From IMG/VR virus record IMGVR_UViG_3300038427_000461: a stretch of 64,000 nt of DNA. One strand, 5' to 3'. This stretch comes from an uncultured virus (IMG/VR IMGVR_UViG_3300038427_000461) (Duplodnaviria; Heunggongvirae; Uroviricota; Caudoviricetes). Under the pieces are notes generated by a model. That model was not told where the DNA came from. It worked only from the letters and a program-made list of their open reading frames with translations, and searched no databases. The stretch's first letter is position 1. Each line of letters begins with the position of its first letter. The position numbers were made by a program, and so were the translations under genes. Positions 37,247-46,866 of the stretch are shown piece by piece.

Positions 37247-37429
37247 CTACTTGCGGTGCAGCTTCCCGCCCGGCTCGTGGCTGCGCTTGTTGTGGCCCTT
37301 CTTGCCGCATCCTGGGAAGCCGCACTTGCGCGGCGACCCGGGGACCGACCCGCCACGCATCCCCTTGCGACTCGCCGTCTTGACGGACTTGGTCTTGACG
37401 GACTTCTTCGTCTTCTTCTTTGTCGCCAT
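37247..37429 (-). CDS. Lys-rich histone-like peptide with zinc knuckle
   Basis: MATKKKTKKSVKTKSVK...CGFPGCGKKGHNKRSH; GAGGAGG RBS and TTGACA-18-TAGGGT promoter upstream. Confidence 0.7.
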   Translation of the reverse strand: MATKKKTKKSVKTKSVKTASRKGMRGGSVPGSPRKCGFPGCGKKGHNKRSHEPGGKLHRK

Positions 37430-37630
37430 CTCGGGTCTCCTCCTCGGTGAAAGTCATTCACCCTACCCACGCGAGCTATCGCCTGTCAACGGTTGTGTCC
37501 CGCGAGGTAGCCCGCACCCGCGGCACGCCGGCAAGAGTTCCTTCGCCGATCCGTTGAACCCGCCGCACGAGCACGTCCACCCGGCAGGTCCTCGTCGGTG
37601 TACGGCTTCGCCTCCGCGTACGTCGGGCGA

Positions 37631-38143
37631 TCAGCCATGCTGCCTCCGGAACACCACGCACGGATACATGCCCCCGTCAGCGCCCTTCTTGTGCTCGATG
37701 ACGGCGAGCAGCGTCAGTTCCACCGCGTCTCCTTCGGTCACCTGAACTTGCGCCAGATCACTCCCCGTCGCCGACTCATCTCTCCATGACACGTTCACTG
37801 GCCTAGAGAAGTAGAAGGAGTTGATGGTCGACGCTTTAGCCTCGTGCGGCCCGTCGATCGGGAACTTCTCCGCCAGTCGCGCGACGCACGCGGCGTCGAG
37901 GTCGACGACGTCTTCTCCGAACCGAGCGGCGCAGATGACGAGGTCGGCCAGGTACTTCGCGACCTCGTCATAGCGCAGCCGGCGCTTCTCGTGCGCGGCG
38001 TCGTTCATGGCCGAGGCGATCTTGCCGAGCGCCTTGGTCAGGTGCACGAAGGCGTGGTCAGCGTCGGCCGACGCGTGGCACGGGTTGTCGAGCTGGAGCG
38101 CCCAGCGCCTGTTCACTTCTGCCTGTAGCTTCGAGAGATCCAT
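37631..38143 (-). CDS. MazG-like all-alpha NTP pyrophosphatase domain protein (degenerate)
   Basis: L..LQ.EV...W, HL....GKIA, LADLVI.A, VDLD.A...RL.EK. Confidence 0.5.
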   Translation of the reverse strand: MDLSKLQAEVNRRWALQLDNPCHASADADHAFVHLTKALGKIASAMNDAAHEKRRLRYDEVAKYLADLVICAARFGEDVVDLDAACVARLAEKFPIDGPHEAKASTINSFYFSRPVNVSWRDESATGSDLAQVQVTEGDAVELTLLAVIEHKKGADGGMYPCVVFRRQHG

Positions 38144-38154
38144 CGTCGTCCTCC

Positions 38155-39897
38155 TTACCTGAGCTGCTCCGCGAGCTGGATGTCGGTCTTACCCTCGATG
38201 ACGCCAAGGGTGCGCAGCCGCGAGAGCGCGTTGTTGAAGCCCCCACCGGCCGGCTCGTACGGGGGGTCGCAGCGCGCGGCGAGATCCTCCTTCGTCATCG
38301 CGTGCTCCCGCGCCTTCAGCGCTTGCAGGATCGCGCGGTGCGCGCGGCCGAGGTCGGGGTGCCGCATCCAATCCGCGAAGAGCGCCTCGGGGTCCTCGGG
38401 CAGCGGGTCGAAGCTGCCGAGCGCCAGGAGACCGGCCTCGGTGATGTTCAGGACGTCGCCGCCCGCGACGTGACCGACCGTGCGGAGCGCACCCAGGTAG
38501 TTATTGAACCCCCCGCCGTTAGCGGCGTAGCGAGCGAGGATGGCGAGCTTGTCCTTGCCGCACGCCCCGTAACGCGCGAGCGCGAGTAGGATGCGGCGGT
38601 GGCCGCCGGGCATCGGCTCGCCAGCGCCTACTACGAGCGGGTGATGCGCCGCCGTGACCGGCTTGCGCGCGGGTGCGCCGTTCGTTTTAGATGGCGGCAC
38701 ATAGAGTCTGGTTGCAATGCTTGCAAGCTCCTCAACCCTGGCTGCCGTCTTCAACGCGCCTTCCTTTACGTCCTCGTGGAGACCAACAAGCCTCCGAGCA
38801 TCTTCGGCGACATACCGCGTCTGAGTCTCTAGTTCGCTGATGTGGTCCTGCAGACCGACAACTTCGCGACGTAGCCCGACCAGTACCTGCTCCTGCTCTT
38901 TCGACAGCGCCGGCACCTCGCGCTGGCTCGCAGGCGCGATCTTGATCTGCTGCTCCAATGCCGCGATCCGTCGCTTCAGCTCGCGCGGGTCGTCGGCCTT
39001 CGCCTTCTCGATGGTTGCCGCGATCCGGTCGCGCAGCGCCCCGAGATCCACCTCCGCCGCGTGCTTCGGCGCGGTCACCCGCGCGCCGGCCTTCGGGGTC
39101 GCCGACGAGTCGAACGTCTCACGCAGGTTGATGTGCGTGCGGACGAGCTTCTTCAGCCAGCTCGGGCTCCAGACCCACGCGTCGCCGTCGTCGAGCGTCT
39201 GGAGCGAGGCGAGCACCGCGTCGCTGGTGAACTCTTGCTTGTCGGCGTTGTGCTCGATCCACCGCTCGATGGCGTCGCGGTCCTGCGGGCCGGTCATTCG
39301 GTGCGCGATGAGCGTCTCGACTTGCGTGAGAACATCTTTATTTACGAGCGCCGGCCGCTGGCTGATGAGCGTCACCCCGAGTCCGCGCGCTCGCCCCTTC
39401 CTCACGAGGTCGTTGATGGCACCCACCAGCCGCTCGCCTCCGTGCTCGATGCGTTGCGGACAGAACGTGTCCACCTCATCGAGCATGACGTGCAGCGCGT
39501 CGCGGTTCTTCAGGTAGAGCCGCTCGGCGAAGTCCACCATGAACCGCCGCTGCGCGCCCTTCGAGAAGAGGCCGAGGTCGAGCACGACGGGCTGCCGGTG
39601 CTCGATCACGAAGTCCGCGATGACGACGCCGCCCGTCTCCTCGAGCGGCACGTCCGCGTGCTCGCCGCCGAGGATGATGACCGGCAGGCCCGGCGACTTG
39701 CCATCGCGCGAGTGCCGGAGCCCCCACGTCACTCCGATGGGGTCGACGTACACCACCGGCAGCCCCGCCTTGATGAGCTGCTCGGTGAGTACGCCGGCCG
39801 TGTTCGTCTTGCCGGAACCGCGCTTGCCGAGCACGGCGAACGTCTGCGTCACGGCGTCCATCGGGAGCGTGACGTCGGGAGAGAGGCGGAGCTTCAC
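38155..39897 (-). CDS. HerA/FtsK-like (DUF87) P-loop ATPase with C-terminal coiled coil and winged HTH
   Basis: Walker A GKRGSGKT, Walker B VMLDEVD, RKGRARG, ISQRPA. Confidence 0.85.
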   Translation of the reverse strand: MKLRLSPDVTLPMDAVTQTFAVLGKRGSGKTNTAGVLTEQLIKAGLPVVYVDPIGVTWGLRHSRDGKSPGLPVIILGGEHADVPLEETGGVVIADFVIEHRQPVVLDLGLFSKGAQRRFMVDFAERLYLKNRDALHVMLDEVDTFCPQRIEHGGERLVGAINDLVRKGRARGLGVTLISQRPALVNKDVLTQVETLIAHRMTGPQDRDAIERWIEHNADKQEFTSDAVLASLQTLDDGDAWVWSPSWLKKLVRTHINLRETFDSSATPKAGARVTAPKHAAEVDLGALRDRIAATIEKAKADDPRELKRRIAALEQQIKIAPASQREVPALSKEQEQVLVGLRREVVGLQDHISELETQTRYVAEDARRLVGLHEDVKEGALKTAARVEELASIATRLYVPPSKTNGAPARKPVTAAHHPLVVGAGEPMPGGHRRILLALARYGACGKDKLAILARYAANGGGFNNYLGALRTVGHVAGGDVLNITEAGLLALGSFDPLPEDPEALFADWMRHPDLGRAHRAILQALKAREHAMTKEDLAARCDPPYEPAGGGFNNALSRLRTLGVIEGKTDIQLAEQLR

Positions 39898-41471
39898 GAG
39901 GCACGCCCTTCCATGAAGGGGGTCGTCGCCTCGGTCAGCTCCGCGTCCGTCTCCCGGCACCGTGCCGCGAGGTCGTCGACCGGGAGGCCCGCACGGAGCG
40001 CGTCCCCGTACTCCTCGATCGATCGGCGTCGAGCCTCCACCGCCCGCCGCAGACGAACTCTCGGGTGCATCAACCTCCCCCTTCCAGCACTACTTCTGCG
40101 TCGACCAGTTGCCTACGCTTCTCGGCGTCCGTCAGCTCGAACGGTTTGGGAGTTCCGTCTCGATTGCAACAGCGAAGACACCACCCCCGGTTCAGGAACA
40201 GTCGCCACCAGCTACCGACCTTGCCGTGTCGGTATCCTTCGCAGTCGGGGCAAGTCCACGGCATCACGCTCCCCCTTCCAGCGCCGCGAGCATCTTGTTG
40301 ATCCTGACAAGACAGTTGTCAGCCGACGGATGATCGACCGCCTCGCGTGCCACCCAGTCGCGCGCTTCCTTCAGCAGCTCCACGACTCCGGCCAGCTCGG
40401 GGATCGCCCCGTCGAGCAGCTCCACGTCCGCGTCGAAGGACGGGCCGTGCTCGCTGGGGACCATCGCGAGCAGCTCCGCCGGCATCGAGCCGTCGGTCGA
40501 CCGCACGGCCGCGAAGGCGGCCGCCAGCCGCCGCCACGCCCGCACCACCTGGGAGCGGTCCCGACCGTCGTCGGGCATGAGATCGAGGTGGTCTTCTGGG
40601 TCCTCGCGCCGGATGAGGTAACGGAGCGCCTCGGACGACGAGCGGTACCCGCCCGTCCTGGCGACGCGACGGAGCGCATCGTCCTCGAACTTGTTGAGGA
40701 GGAGCATGAACTGGATGGTGCGGCGGATGTCGGGCATTACGGGTAGTGATCCTTGCTGTACTGGGCCACGATCGCGCGGTGCTTGCGGAGGGCGTCCCAT
40801 ACCCGCGCGCGCACCACGTGCACGCGGATCGTCATCACCCCGTGCTCCAGGGCTTTGCGAGCCGTCGACCTGGAGCACGGGGCCGCCTCCGCGATGATGC
40901 GGGCGATCTGCGCGTTGGTGAGCGGCTCGCTCACGCGACCTTGAGTCGCGTCTCCGACTTCGGCTCCTCATTGAATGTTACCGGCTGGCTATAGGGCACG
41001 ACGAACGCGCGCAACTCGGGACTCGGGGTGGCGACGCGCACGCGGTACGGGATGGGGAGATCGGTGACGGCGTACGGGATCGGTTGGTTGCTGTTCTTGG
41101 TGTTCATGATGGCTTTTCTCCGATGGGTGTGAGGTTCGCCAGACGTTCTTTCTCGAGCTGCTTGCGCCAGTAGTCCGAGTGACCGCCGCCCCGTCGAGCG
41201 ACGGGCTCGGCGTCCGCCGGGTGCTCGCGCAGCGCGAGCCTCTTGGCGCACGTGGGCGAGCAGGTGCGCGCGGTCGGGGCCTGGTACGGCCGGGCGGGGA
41301 CCGGGTGGCCGCAGACCGCGCAGTCGCAGAGCTTGCTCATCGTGTCTCCAGTGCGTGAACCACGGCATTCAGACCGATGAGGAAGCATCGTATCCGCATT
41401 ACTCTACCTATGAGTGTGCTAGAATAAATACTGCTCGGGCAGCCGGTCCACCTCGCACTGGGAGATGAACG

Positions 41472-42659
41472 TTGCGTATCGTGAAGGCATTTCGGTTCCG
41501 CGTCTACCTGGACGACGCGCAGATTGCGCGTCTCGGACGCTGGGACGACGCGCTTCGGTTCCTCTGGAACATCGCCAACGAGCAGCGGTTCATGGGACTC
41601 AATCGACCGCGCGAGGAACGTGTTTACCCCACATCGTTCGATCAGATGAAGGAACTGACCGAGCTTCGTACTGCACTCCCGTGGCTCGCCGACGTGCCGC
41701 GTGACGTTTGTGACCATCTCCTCGTCGAACTCGACCAGGCGTGGCAGCGATGCTTCAAGAAGCTCGCGAGAACCCCTCGCTTCAAACGAAAGGGGCGCGA
41801 CATCCTGTCCTTCTGCGAGCCACATCCGAAGATGTGGCGACTCGACGGCGACAATATTCGATTCCCCAAGCTCGGCACGGTCCGCACTGTCATGCATCGA
41901 CCGATCGATGGGAAGCCGAAGACTTGCACCCTCAAGCGCGATGGAGACCAGTGGTTCGCCAGCATCGTCTGCGAATTGGACGTCAATCCGACCCCGCGCG
42001 ACGAGCCCATCGTGGCAATCGATCGTGGCATCGCCAACTTCTGCGCAACGTCCGATGGCGAAATGATTGCCAATCCACGCCACCTCGAAGCCTCCCTGAA
42101 GAGGCTCGTTCACGCTCAACGCACCGTCAGCCGACGGAAGAAAGGATCGAAAAACCGGGAGAAGGCTAAGACTCGCGTCGCCCGTATCCACCGCAAGGTG
42201 AGGCGGCAGCGCGACTACTTCCTGCACGTCCAGTCGGCACGACTCGCCAAGAGCCACGGCGTCGTCGTGCTGGAGAAACTGAACGTCGCGGGGATGATCC
42301 GAGGTCGGTGTGCTCGTAGCATTGGAAGCGCTGGATGGTCCCGCTTCGCAGAGATGCTCGGTTACAAACTCGCATGGTCCGGAGGCTCGCTCGTCGAGGT
42401 GCCTGCCGCCTACTCGAGCCAGACGTGCAGCGCGTGCGGCTGCGTGGACGCCCTGTCGCGCCCTTCGCAGGCTGTCTTCTGCTGCACCTCGTGCGGCTAC
42501 CGTGACCATGCGGACCTCAACGCTGCGAAGGTTATGCTTGCCCGTGCGAATCGCTCGGGACTGCGTGTGGAGGGCTCGCCGAAGTCAGGCACCCTGAGAA
42601 GCACGAAACGGGTTGGACTGCGTGTTCCACGTCGTTCTCCCGAAAGCACCACCCTTTAG
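41472..42659 (+). CDS. tnpB: TnpB RNA-guided endonuclease 2, no tnpA in window
   Basis: AFRFRVY, RFLWN, PRFKRK, RuvC-I AIDRG, RuvC-II LEKL, SSQTCS.CG...C..CG, RuvC-III ADLNAA. Confidence 0.93.
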   Translation: MRIVKAFRFRVYLDDAQIARLGRWDDALRFLWNIANEQRFMGLNRPREERVYPTSFDQMKELTELRTALPWLADVPRDVCDHLLVELDQAWQRCFKKLARTPRFKRKGRDILSFCEPHPKMWRLDGDNIRFPKLGTVRTVMHRPIDGKPKTCTLKRDGDQWFASIVCELDVNPTPRDEPIVAIDRGIANFCATSDGEMIANPRHLEASLKRLVHAQRTVSRRKKGSKNREKAKTRVARIHRKVRRQRDYFLHVQSARLAKSHGVVVLEKLNVAGMIRGRCARSIGSAGWSRFAEMLGYKLAWSGGSLVEVPAAYSSQTCSACGCVDALSRPSQAVFCCTSCGYRDHADLNAAKVMLARANRSGLRVEGSPKSGTLRSTKRVGLRVPRRSPESTTL

Positions 42660-42696
42660 GGTGGTGTTGATTACGCTTGCTCGACCACGTGTTTGG
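42540..42696 (+). ncRNA. omega-RNA of TnpB-2 with right-end hairpin and putative guide (42675-42696)
   Basis: caccaccc-ttta-gggtggtg hairpin then ttgattac; homology with the 35.5 kb copy stops exactly after ttac. Confidence 0.75.
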
Positions 42697-43212
42697 TTAT
42701 TGTGACTCCTCCAGCGAAGCGGTGACGTCCTTGGACACGTGGAAGAAGCCCAGGCCCCCCTTGAGCGGCGTGAACGGCAGCGTCGTCACGTCGGCGAGCA
42801 CGAACCCCCACTGCTCGCGCATGTGCCAACGCGGGTAGACGCCAGCAGGGTAGGTACCGATCGCGTCGGCAGCGAGGCCGCGCCGCTTGTTCGGCGGGAT
42901 GATGTCCACGAGCCGCGCGCGCCCGACGATGCCGCCGAACCGCGCCCGCGCCTCGAAGTCGCGCCGGAACTCGGCGCGCGCGGCGATGGCCTCGGCCCCG
43001 AACGCGTCCAGGTCGAGCGCGTGGGCGATGAACACCTCCGCCTCCGCGTAGTAGTCTCGTGTCATCCCCTTCGCCGCGTGGATCAAGAACCCGCGCCGGA
43101 GTTCTTCGAGGAGTTCCGGATCAACCGGGCGCCAGCGGCGGTTCTCGATCGTCTTCCCACAGTTGAGCACCGCGTGAGCGTATGGCTGCTTGAGCGAGAG
43201 GGCACGCATCAC
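42697..43212 (-). CDS. ASCH domain protein
   Basis: ALSLKQPYA.A...GKTIENR.W, IHAAK, GGIVG.A.LVD, KG.LGFF. Confidence 0.88.
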   Translation of the reverse strand: MMRALSLKQPYAHAVLNCGKTIENRRWRPVDPELLEELRRGFLIHAAKGMTRDYYAEAEVFIAHALDLDAFGAEAIAARAEFRRDFEARARFGGIVGRARLVDIIPPNKRRGLAADAIGTYPAGVYPRWHMREQWGFVLADVTTLPFTPLKGGLGFFHVSKDVTASLEESQ

Positions 43213-43393
43213 CGCTTCCCCTTGGGAGTCAACTCTTCAACCGCATCCAGGCACGGGATGCACCGACGTGCCGTCTCGGGCTCCGCCACGCGAACGAGTT
43301 TGCCGGGGATGCGGTGCCCGCAGAGCGGAACCTTCGCCCGCCCAGCGAAGGCGTGCGCCTTGGCGTGCTCGGCGCGCTGGGCCTTCCAGACGA

Positions 43394-43672
43394 TCACGCG
43401 CCGCCACCCTCCCTCTTCTTCCGGTTCTCCACGCGCTTACGGGCCCCTTCGCGCCCGATCGCGGCCATGTGCTCGCGGTCCTGGCTCACCCGCTCCCCGC
43501 CCTTCTTGCCGGCCGCGCGCGCCTCCTCGGCGGTGAACTCGTGCGCGCGACCCTTCGCGTGGGCCGCCTTGCCGCCCTTGCTGGCGATCTCGAGCTGCTT
43601 GCTTAGATCCATCGAGGCGAATCCCTGGCTGCCCTTCTTCACGCCGCGTCTCCCTTCGCTCTCTCGCGCCAC
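43394..43672 (-). CDS. KGG-repeat general stress protein
   Basis: GFASMD..KQ.EIASKGGKAAH.KG.AHEFT.EEAR.AGKKGG. Confidence 0.88.
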   Translation of the reverse strand: MARESEGRRGVKKGSQGFASMDLSKQLEIASKGGKAAHAKGRAHEFTAEEARAAGKKGGERVSQDREHMAAIGREGARKRVENRKKREGGGA

Positions 43673-44565
43673 TCCCCCGCCCGGATCCGCTCGGGGATCG
43701 CCTTCGGCGACCCATTCCAGTCCGCGTCGTTCCAGTTCTTCTCGATCCAGTCGGCGATGGAGGCCGCCGCAGCGTCCTCGACGATCTTCTCCGATCGGAG
43801 GATCGATCGGTCGAGGGCGTTCGGTTTCTCCACCCGAGCGCCGCCGCCGGCGCCCCCGCGGACGATCTCGCGGGCCTTGCTCGCGTTCTTGCTGCGCTTC
43901 TTGCCGGGCGTGCGCGGGGCCTGCTCGAGGAGCTTGCCGAGCTTCTTCCGGGCCTCCTCCGGCTCCTCGCGGGAGAGCTTGTACGCGTCGGAGGCGGTGA
44001 TCTTGCCGGCATCCACCGCGTTGCGGACGGCGGCCGGGGCGTCGAGCAACCGGAGCAGGTTCTTGACGGTCGACTCGCTCGTGCCGAACATGATCGCTAC
44101 CTCGCGCTCGTCGTGCCCGAGACTGATGTACCGCTGCGCCTTGTTCGCGCGGTTCATCGGCGAGTCCTCGGTGGCGTGCTCGTTGGCCGTGATCATCATC
44201 GCCATGAGTTGCGAGTCGTTCGCGCGCTTGAGGTGGACCGGTAGACGGATCGGCGGGAGACCCTGCTTCTTGAGTCTCTTCTTCGCTTCACGTGCCGCCA
44301 GTGTGCGCTGCCGGCCGTCGGAAATCTCCACCTTGCCGGTCTCGGGGTTGCGCCAGCCGATGCAGATCTTGAGCACGCCCTGCGGCGTCTTGCCGTCGGG
44401 CGCGTACATCATGCTCTGGACGAGCGACTCCTTGAACTCGTTGTGCACCCGCTCGTCGTAGAGCGCCGACTTCTTGTCGGTGACCAGGACCACGTCGTCC
44501 GGGTCGAAGTAGTAGACGTCGGTCTTACCCTTCGCGTTCAGCGAGTCACGAGATGCTTTCGGCAT
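43639..44565 (-). CDS. ParB/Srx-like protein with HTH
   Basis: DGRQRTLAA, ANE, HTH EVA.MFG.S..TV.NLL.LL. Confidence 0.75.
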   Translation of the reverse strand: MPKASRDSLNAKGKTDVYYFDPDDVVLVTDKKSALYDERVHNEFKESLVQSMMYAPDGKTPQGVLKICIGWRNPETGKVEISDGRQRTLAAREAKKRLKKQGLPPIRLPVHLKRANDSQLMAMMITANEHATEDSPMNRANKAQRYISLGHDEREVAIMFGTSESTVKNLLRLLDAPAAVRNAVDAGKITASDAYKLSREEPEEARKKLGKLLEQAPRTPGKKRSKNASKAREIVRGGAGGGARVEKPNALDRSILRSEKIVEDAAAASIADWIEKNWNDADWNGSPKAIPERIRAGEWRERAKGDAA

Positions 44566-44567
44566 AG

Positions 44568-45032
44568 CTAGACCCCTTCGGTCGGTTGGAAGAGCGCGAA
44601 CCCGCGGTTCGGCGGGAGCGCGGCCTTGTAGAAGTCCGCGTAGAACGCGGGCGCCACCGCGATGAGCTTGGAGTAGTCGCACCAGCCGAGCGGCCGGTCC
44701 GCCGCCGTCGACCTCGCGCGGCCGGTCACTCGCTGCGCGTAGAAGAGGTGCGTCTCGCGCGCGGGAGCGGGCGATCCGTCCCGGAGCCGGAAGCGGACGA
44801 CCGCCGTGTAGAGGAGCCAGAGCGCCTCGATGCCGACGACGAGCCCCGTCTCCTCCGCCAGCTCGCGGACGGCCGTGTGCCGGGGCGACGGGTCCTCGGG
44901 CTCGCCCTTGCCGCCCGGCAGCGTGACGCCGCCGTAGGTGTTCGACCAGAGCGTGAGTGCGCGGTGCTCCGCGTCGAGCACGAGCACCGCCGCCGACAGG
45001 AGCACCGTTCGCGGTTCGACTTCCGGGTTCAT
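44568..45032 (-). CDS. Nudix hydrolase
   Basis: Nudix box PGGKGEPED.SP..TAVRELAEETGL. Confidence 0.9.
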   Translation of the reverse strand: MNPEVEPRTVLLSAAVLVLDAEHRALTLWSNTYGGVTLPGGKGEPEDPSPRHTAVRELAEETGLVVGIEALWLLYTAVVRFRLRDGSPAPARETHLFYAQRVTGRARSTAADRPLGWCDYSKLIAVAPAFYADFYKAALPPNRGFALFQPTEGV

Positions 45033-45452
45033 GTTCCCTCCCGCAACCGGCGCAGCACTGTCATCGCCCGGCAGCCGCCGTCGCTGGCGCAAAGCTCGAC
45101 CGCCTCGACCAGCTCCTTCACGTCGTCCGCGATGACGAGGTAGTGCGTCTCCTTCTGGCTGAGCGCCGCCCGCACGTTGTCGATAGTCTCCGCGAACGCA
45201 TTGGCCTCACGGGCGGCAGCCTTGAATCGTCGCAGCAGCTCCGGCGCATAGACCTCCCGGATGGGCTCCCCTCCGGGAGGTCTATGCTCCCCCTGCGGGC
45301 TCCCAAGCGCGCGCTCTACACGATCTGCGAACGCCTCGTCGGTCATCGCCGGGACGAGCGCCGCCCACTCCGAGTAGGAGCAGCTAAACGCATTGACCTC
45401 GTCGGTCGTCACGCGGCCGCGCTCGACGAGCGCCTGGATCTCCGGACGGATC

Positions 45453-45848
45453 TCACTCATGGTCCGTCGGCTCCCCTCGCGTGATGTGGACCTTCTTGTC
45501 GGTCGCCTCGGCGACGAGCCCGCCGAGCGCGCCCATCATCATCTTCTCGCGCGTGCCCCGGTCCGCCGCGACGAACCGCGCGCGCTTCTCCGGCGGCCAC
45601 GCGAGCTGCGGCTTGCAGCACGCGAAGTCCGGGCAGCACTCGTGCCGGGTGTTCGGGCAGACGGCGTCGCCGGCCGCCCAGCGCTGGAGCTGCTCGTCCG
45701 GCGTCGGCGCCCCGGGCACCTCCCAGGTCCAGAGGCAGCGGATGTCCGGGCACGAACGATCGCCACCGGGGTGGCGCGGGCAACCGGTGGGCTCGGCTGC
45801 GGCGGGTGCGGTCAGCTTCGCCAAGGCTTGGATCGCGCGGCGCCTCAC
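45453..45848 (-). CDS. Cys-rich phage protein (ECCPDF.CC motif)
   Basis: GTGA overlap; QL..W..G...C...ECCPDFACC. Confidence 0.55.
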   Translation of the reverse strand: MRRRAIQALAKLTAPAAAEPTGCPRHPGGDRSCPDIRCLWTWEVPGAPTPDEQLQRWAAGDAVCPNTRHECCPDFACCKPQLAWPPEKRARFVAADRGTREKMMMGALGGLVAEATDKKVHITRGEPTDHE

Positions 45849-46192
45849 GAAGGCGGCTCCATCGCACTCTCTTCTGCCGTGTCGAGCGCCTCGACCCACG
45901 CGACCGCCACCTGCGCCACTTGCACAAGCTCCGCTCGCAGTCGTTGCCGGAAGTACCGCACGCGGTGCGGCGGCATCTGGAGGAGCATCGGGTCGCGCGC
46001 GTACTGCACGACCGAGACCGAGTGCTCCACCACCTCGCGCGCGACCTCGCCCAGCTCCTCGGTCAGGACCGCGAGCTTGTCCGCGTAGGGCACGCTCGGG
46101 TCGGAGCACGAGAAGGCGTGCTTGCCGTCCCGGACCTGCTGCTCGACGCGGATGCGCTCGCGCAAGATGTCCGACCAGATGCGAACGCTCAA
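45845..46192 (-). CDS. MazG-like NTP pyrophosphohydrolase
   Basis: ER.R.., VLTEELGEVARE, LRAELVQVA.VAVAW.E. Confidence 0.75.
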   Translation of the reverse strand: MSVRIWSDILRERIRVEQQVRDGKHAFSCSDPSVPYADKLAVLTEELGEVAREVVEHSVSVVQYARDPMLLQMPPHRVRYFRQRLRAELVQVAQVAVAWVEALDTAEESAMEPPS

Positions 46193-46261
46193 GGTGAGAG
46201 GACCCTAGAGCCTCACGAAACCGTTGTCAACGGCGAAACCAAAGACTAGGATGTCAACTTG

Positions 46262-46432
46262 ATGAACGGAGCCGACATCCAGATCGCCGCGCGCATCAGC
46301 AGGTCGCTTCACGCGCGCATCGTGAAACAGCAACAGGAAGCCAAGCGGCTGACCGGCATGGAGCCGAGCATCAGCGATGTCGTGCGGATGCTCCTGGAGC
46401 GCGGCTTGGAAAAGAACGGCAAGCGCCGATGA
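46262..46432 (+). CDS. RHH-like DNA-binding protein (not in ORF track)
   Basis: Manual translation MNGADIQIAARISRSLHARIVKQQQEAKRLTGMEPSISDVVRMLLERGLEKNGKRR; promoter TTGTCA-17-TAGGAT. Confidence 0.7.
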   Translation: MNGADIQIAARISRSLHARIVKQQQEAKRLTGMEPSISDVVRMLLERGLEKNGKRR

Positions 46433-46866
46433 ACCCTACGGCAGTGTCGTATTTTATCCAGAAAGGTACAGACGGTCCTATCAAGATCGGGAAAACGAAA
46501 GGGAGACCGCTGGTGCGACTCGCGCAGCTACAGACTAAATCAGTTGAAAGGCTGCGACTTTTGGGTTGTGTTCGAGCAAAAGAGAAGAATCTGCATCTAC
46601 TCTTCCACAGGCACCTCATCTCAGGCGAGTGGTTTGAGCCACATCGCGACATCCTACGCTACGTTCGCACTCATTCGATTCCGGCGCCAATCGGCACAAA
46701 TAATGACAAGATGATGGGTGTTCGTGTCTCAAATAGTCTCTATATTGATCTCTTGTCAGAGCAACAAACTATTGTTGATCTTTCTGGTATCAGACCAAGC
46801 CTAAACAAGGTTGTTGAAATGCTTTTAGGAATCGGTCTCAAGACTAGAAGGAGCCGGCGCCGATGA
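46429..46866 (+). CDS. GIY-YIG (T5orf172-like) nuclease fused to RHH-like domain, low GC
   Basis: YFIQ.....IKIG.T...RL..LQ, E..LH..F....GEWF. Confidence 0.8.
   Translation: MNPTAVSYFIQKGTDGPIKIGKTKGRPLVRLAQLQTKSVERLRLLGCVRAKEKNLHLLFHRHLISGEWFEPHRDILRYVRTHSIPAPIGTNNDKMMGVRVSNSLYIDLLSEQQTIVDLSGIRPSLNKVVEMLLGIGLKTRRSRRR

Noticed and set aside
41331..41345. gcttgctc match to the first 8 nt of the TnpB-2 guide near its own promoter
   Set aside because: 8 nt is expected by chance in 64 kb on two strands; the remainder needs gaps
24615..42659. TnpBs as nuclease-dead TldR-type repressors
   Set aside because: Both retain all three RuvC acidic residues
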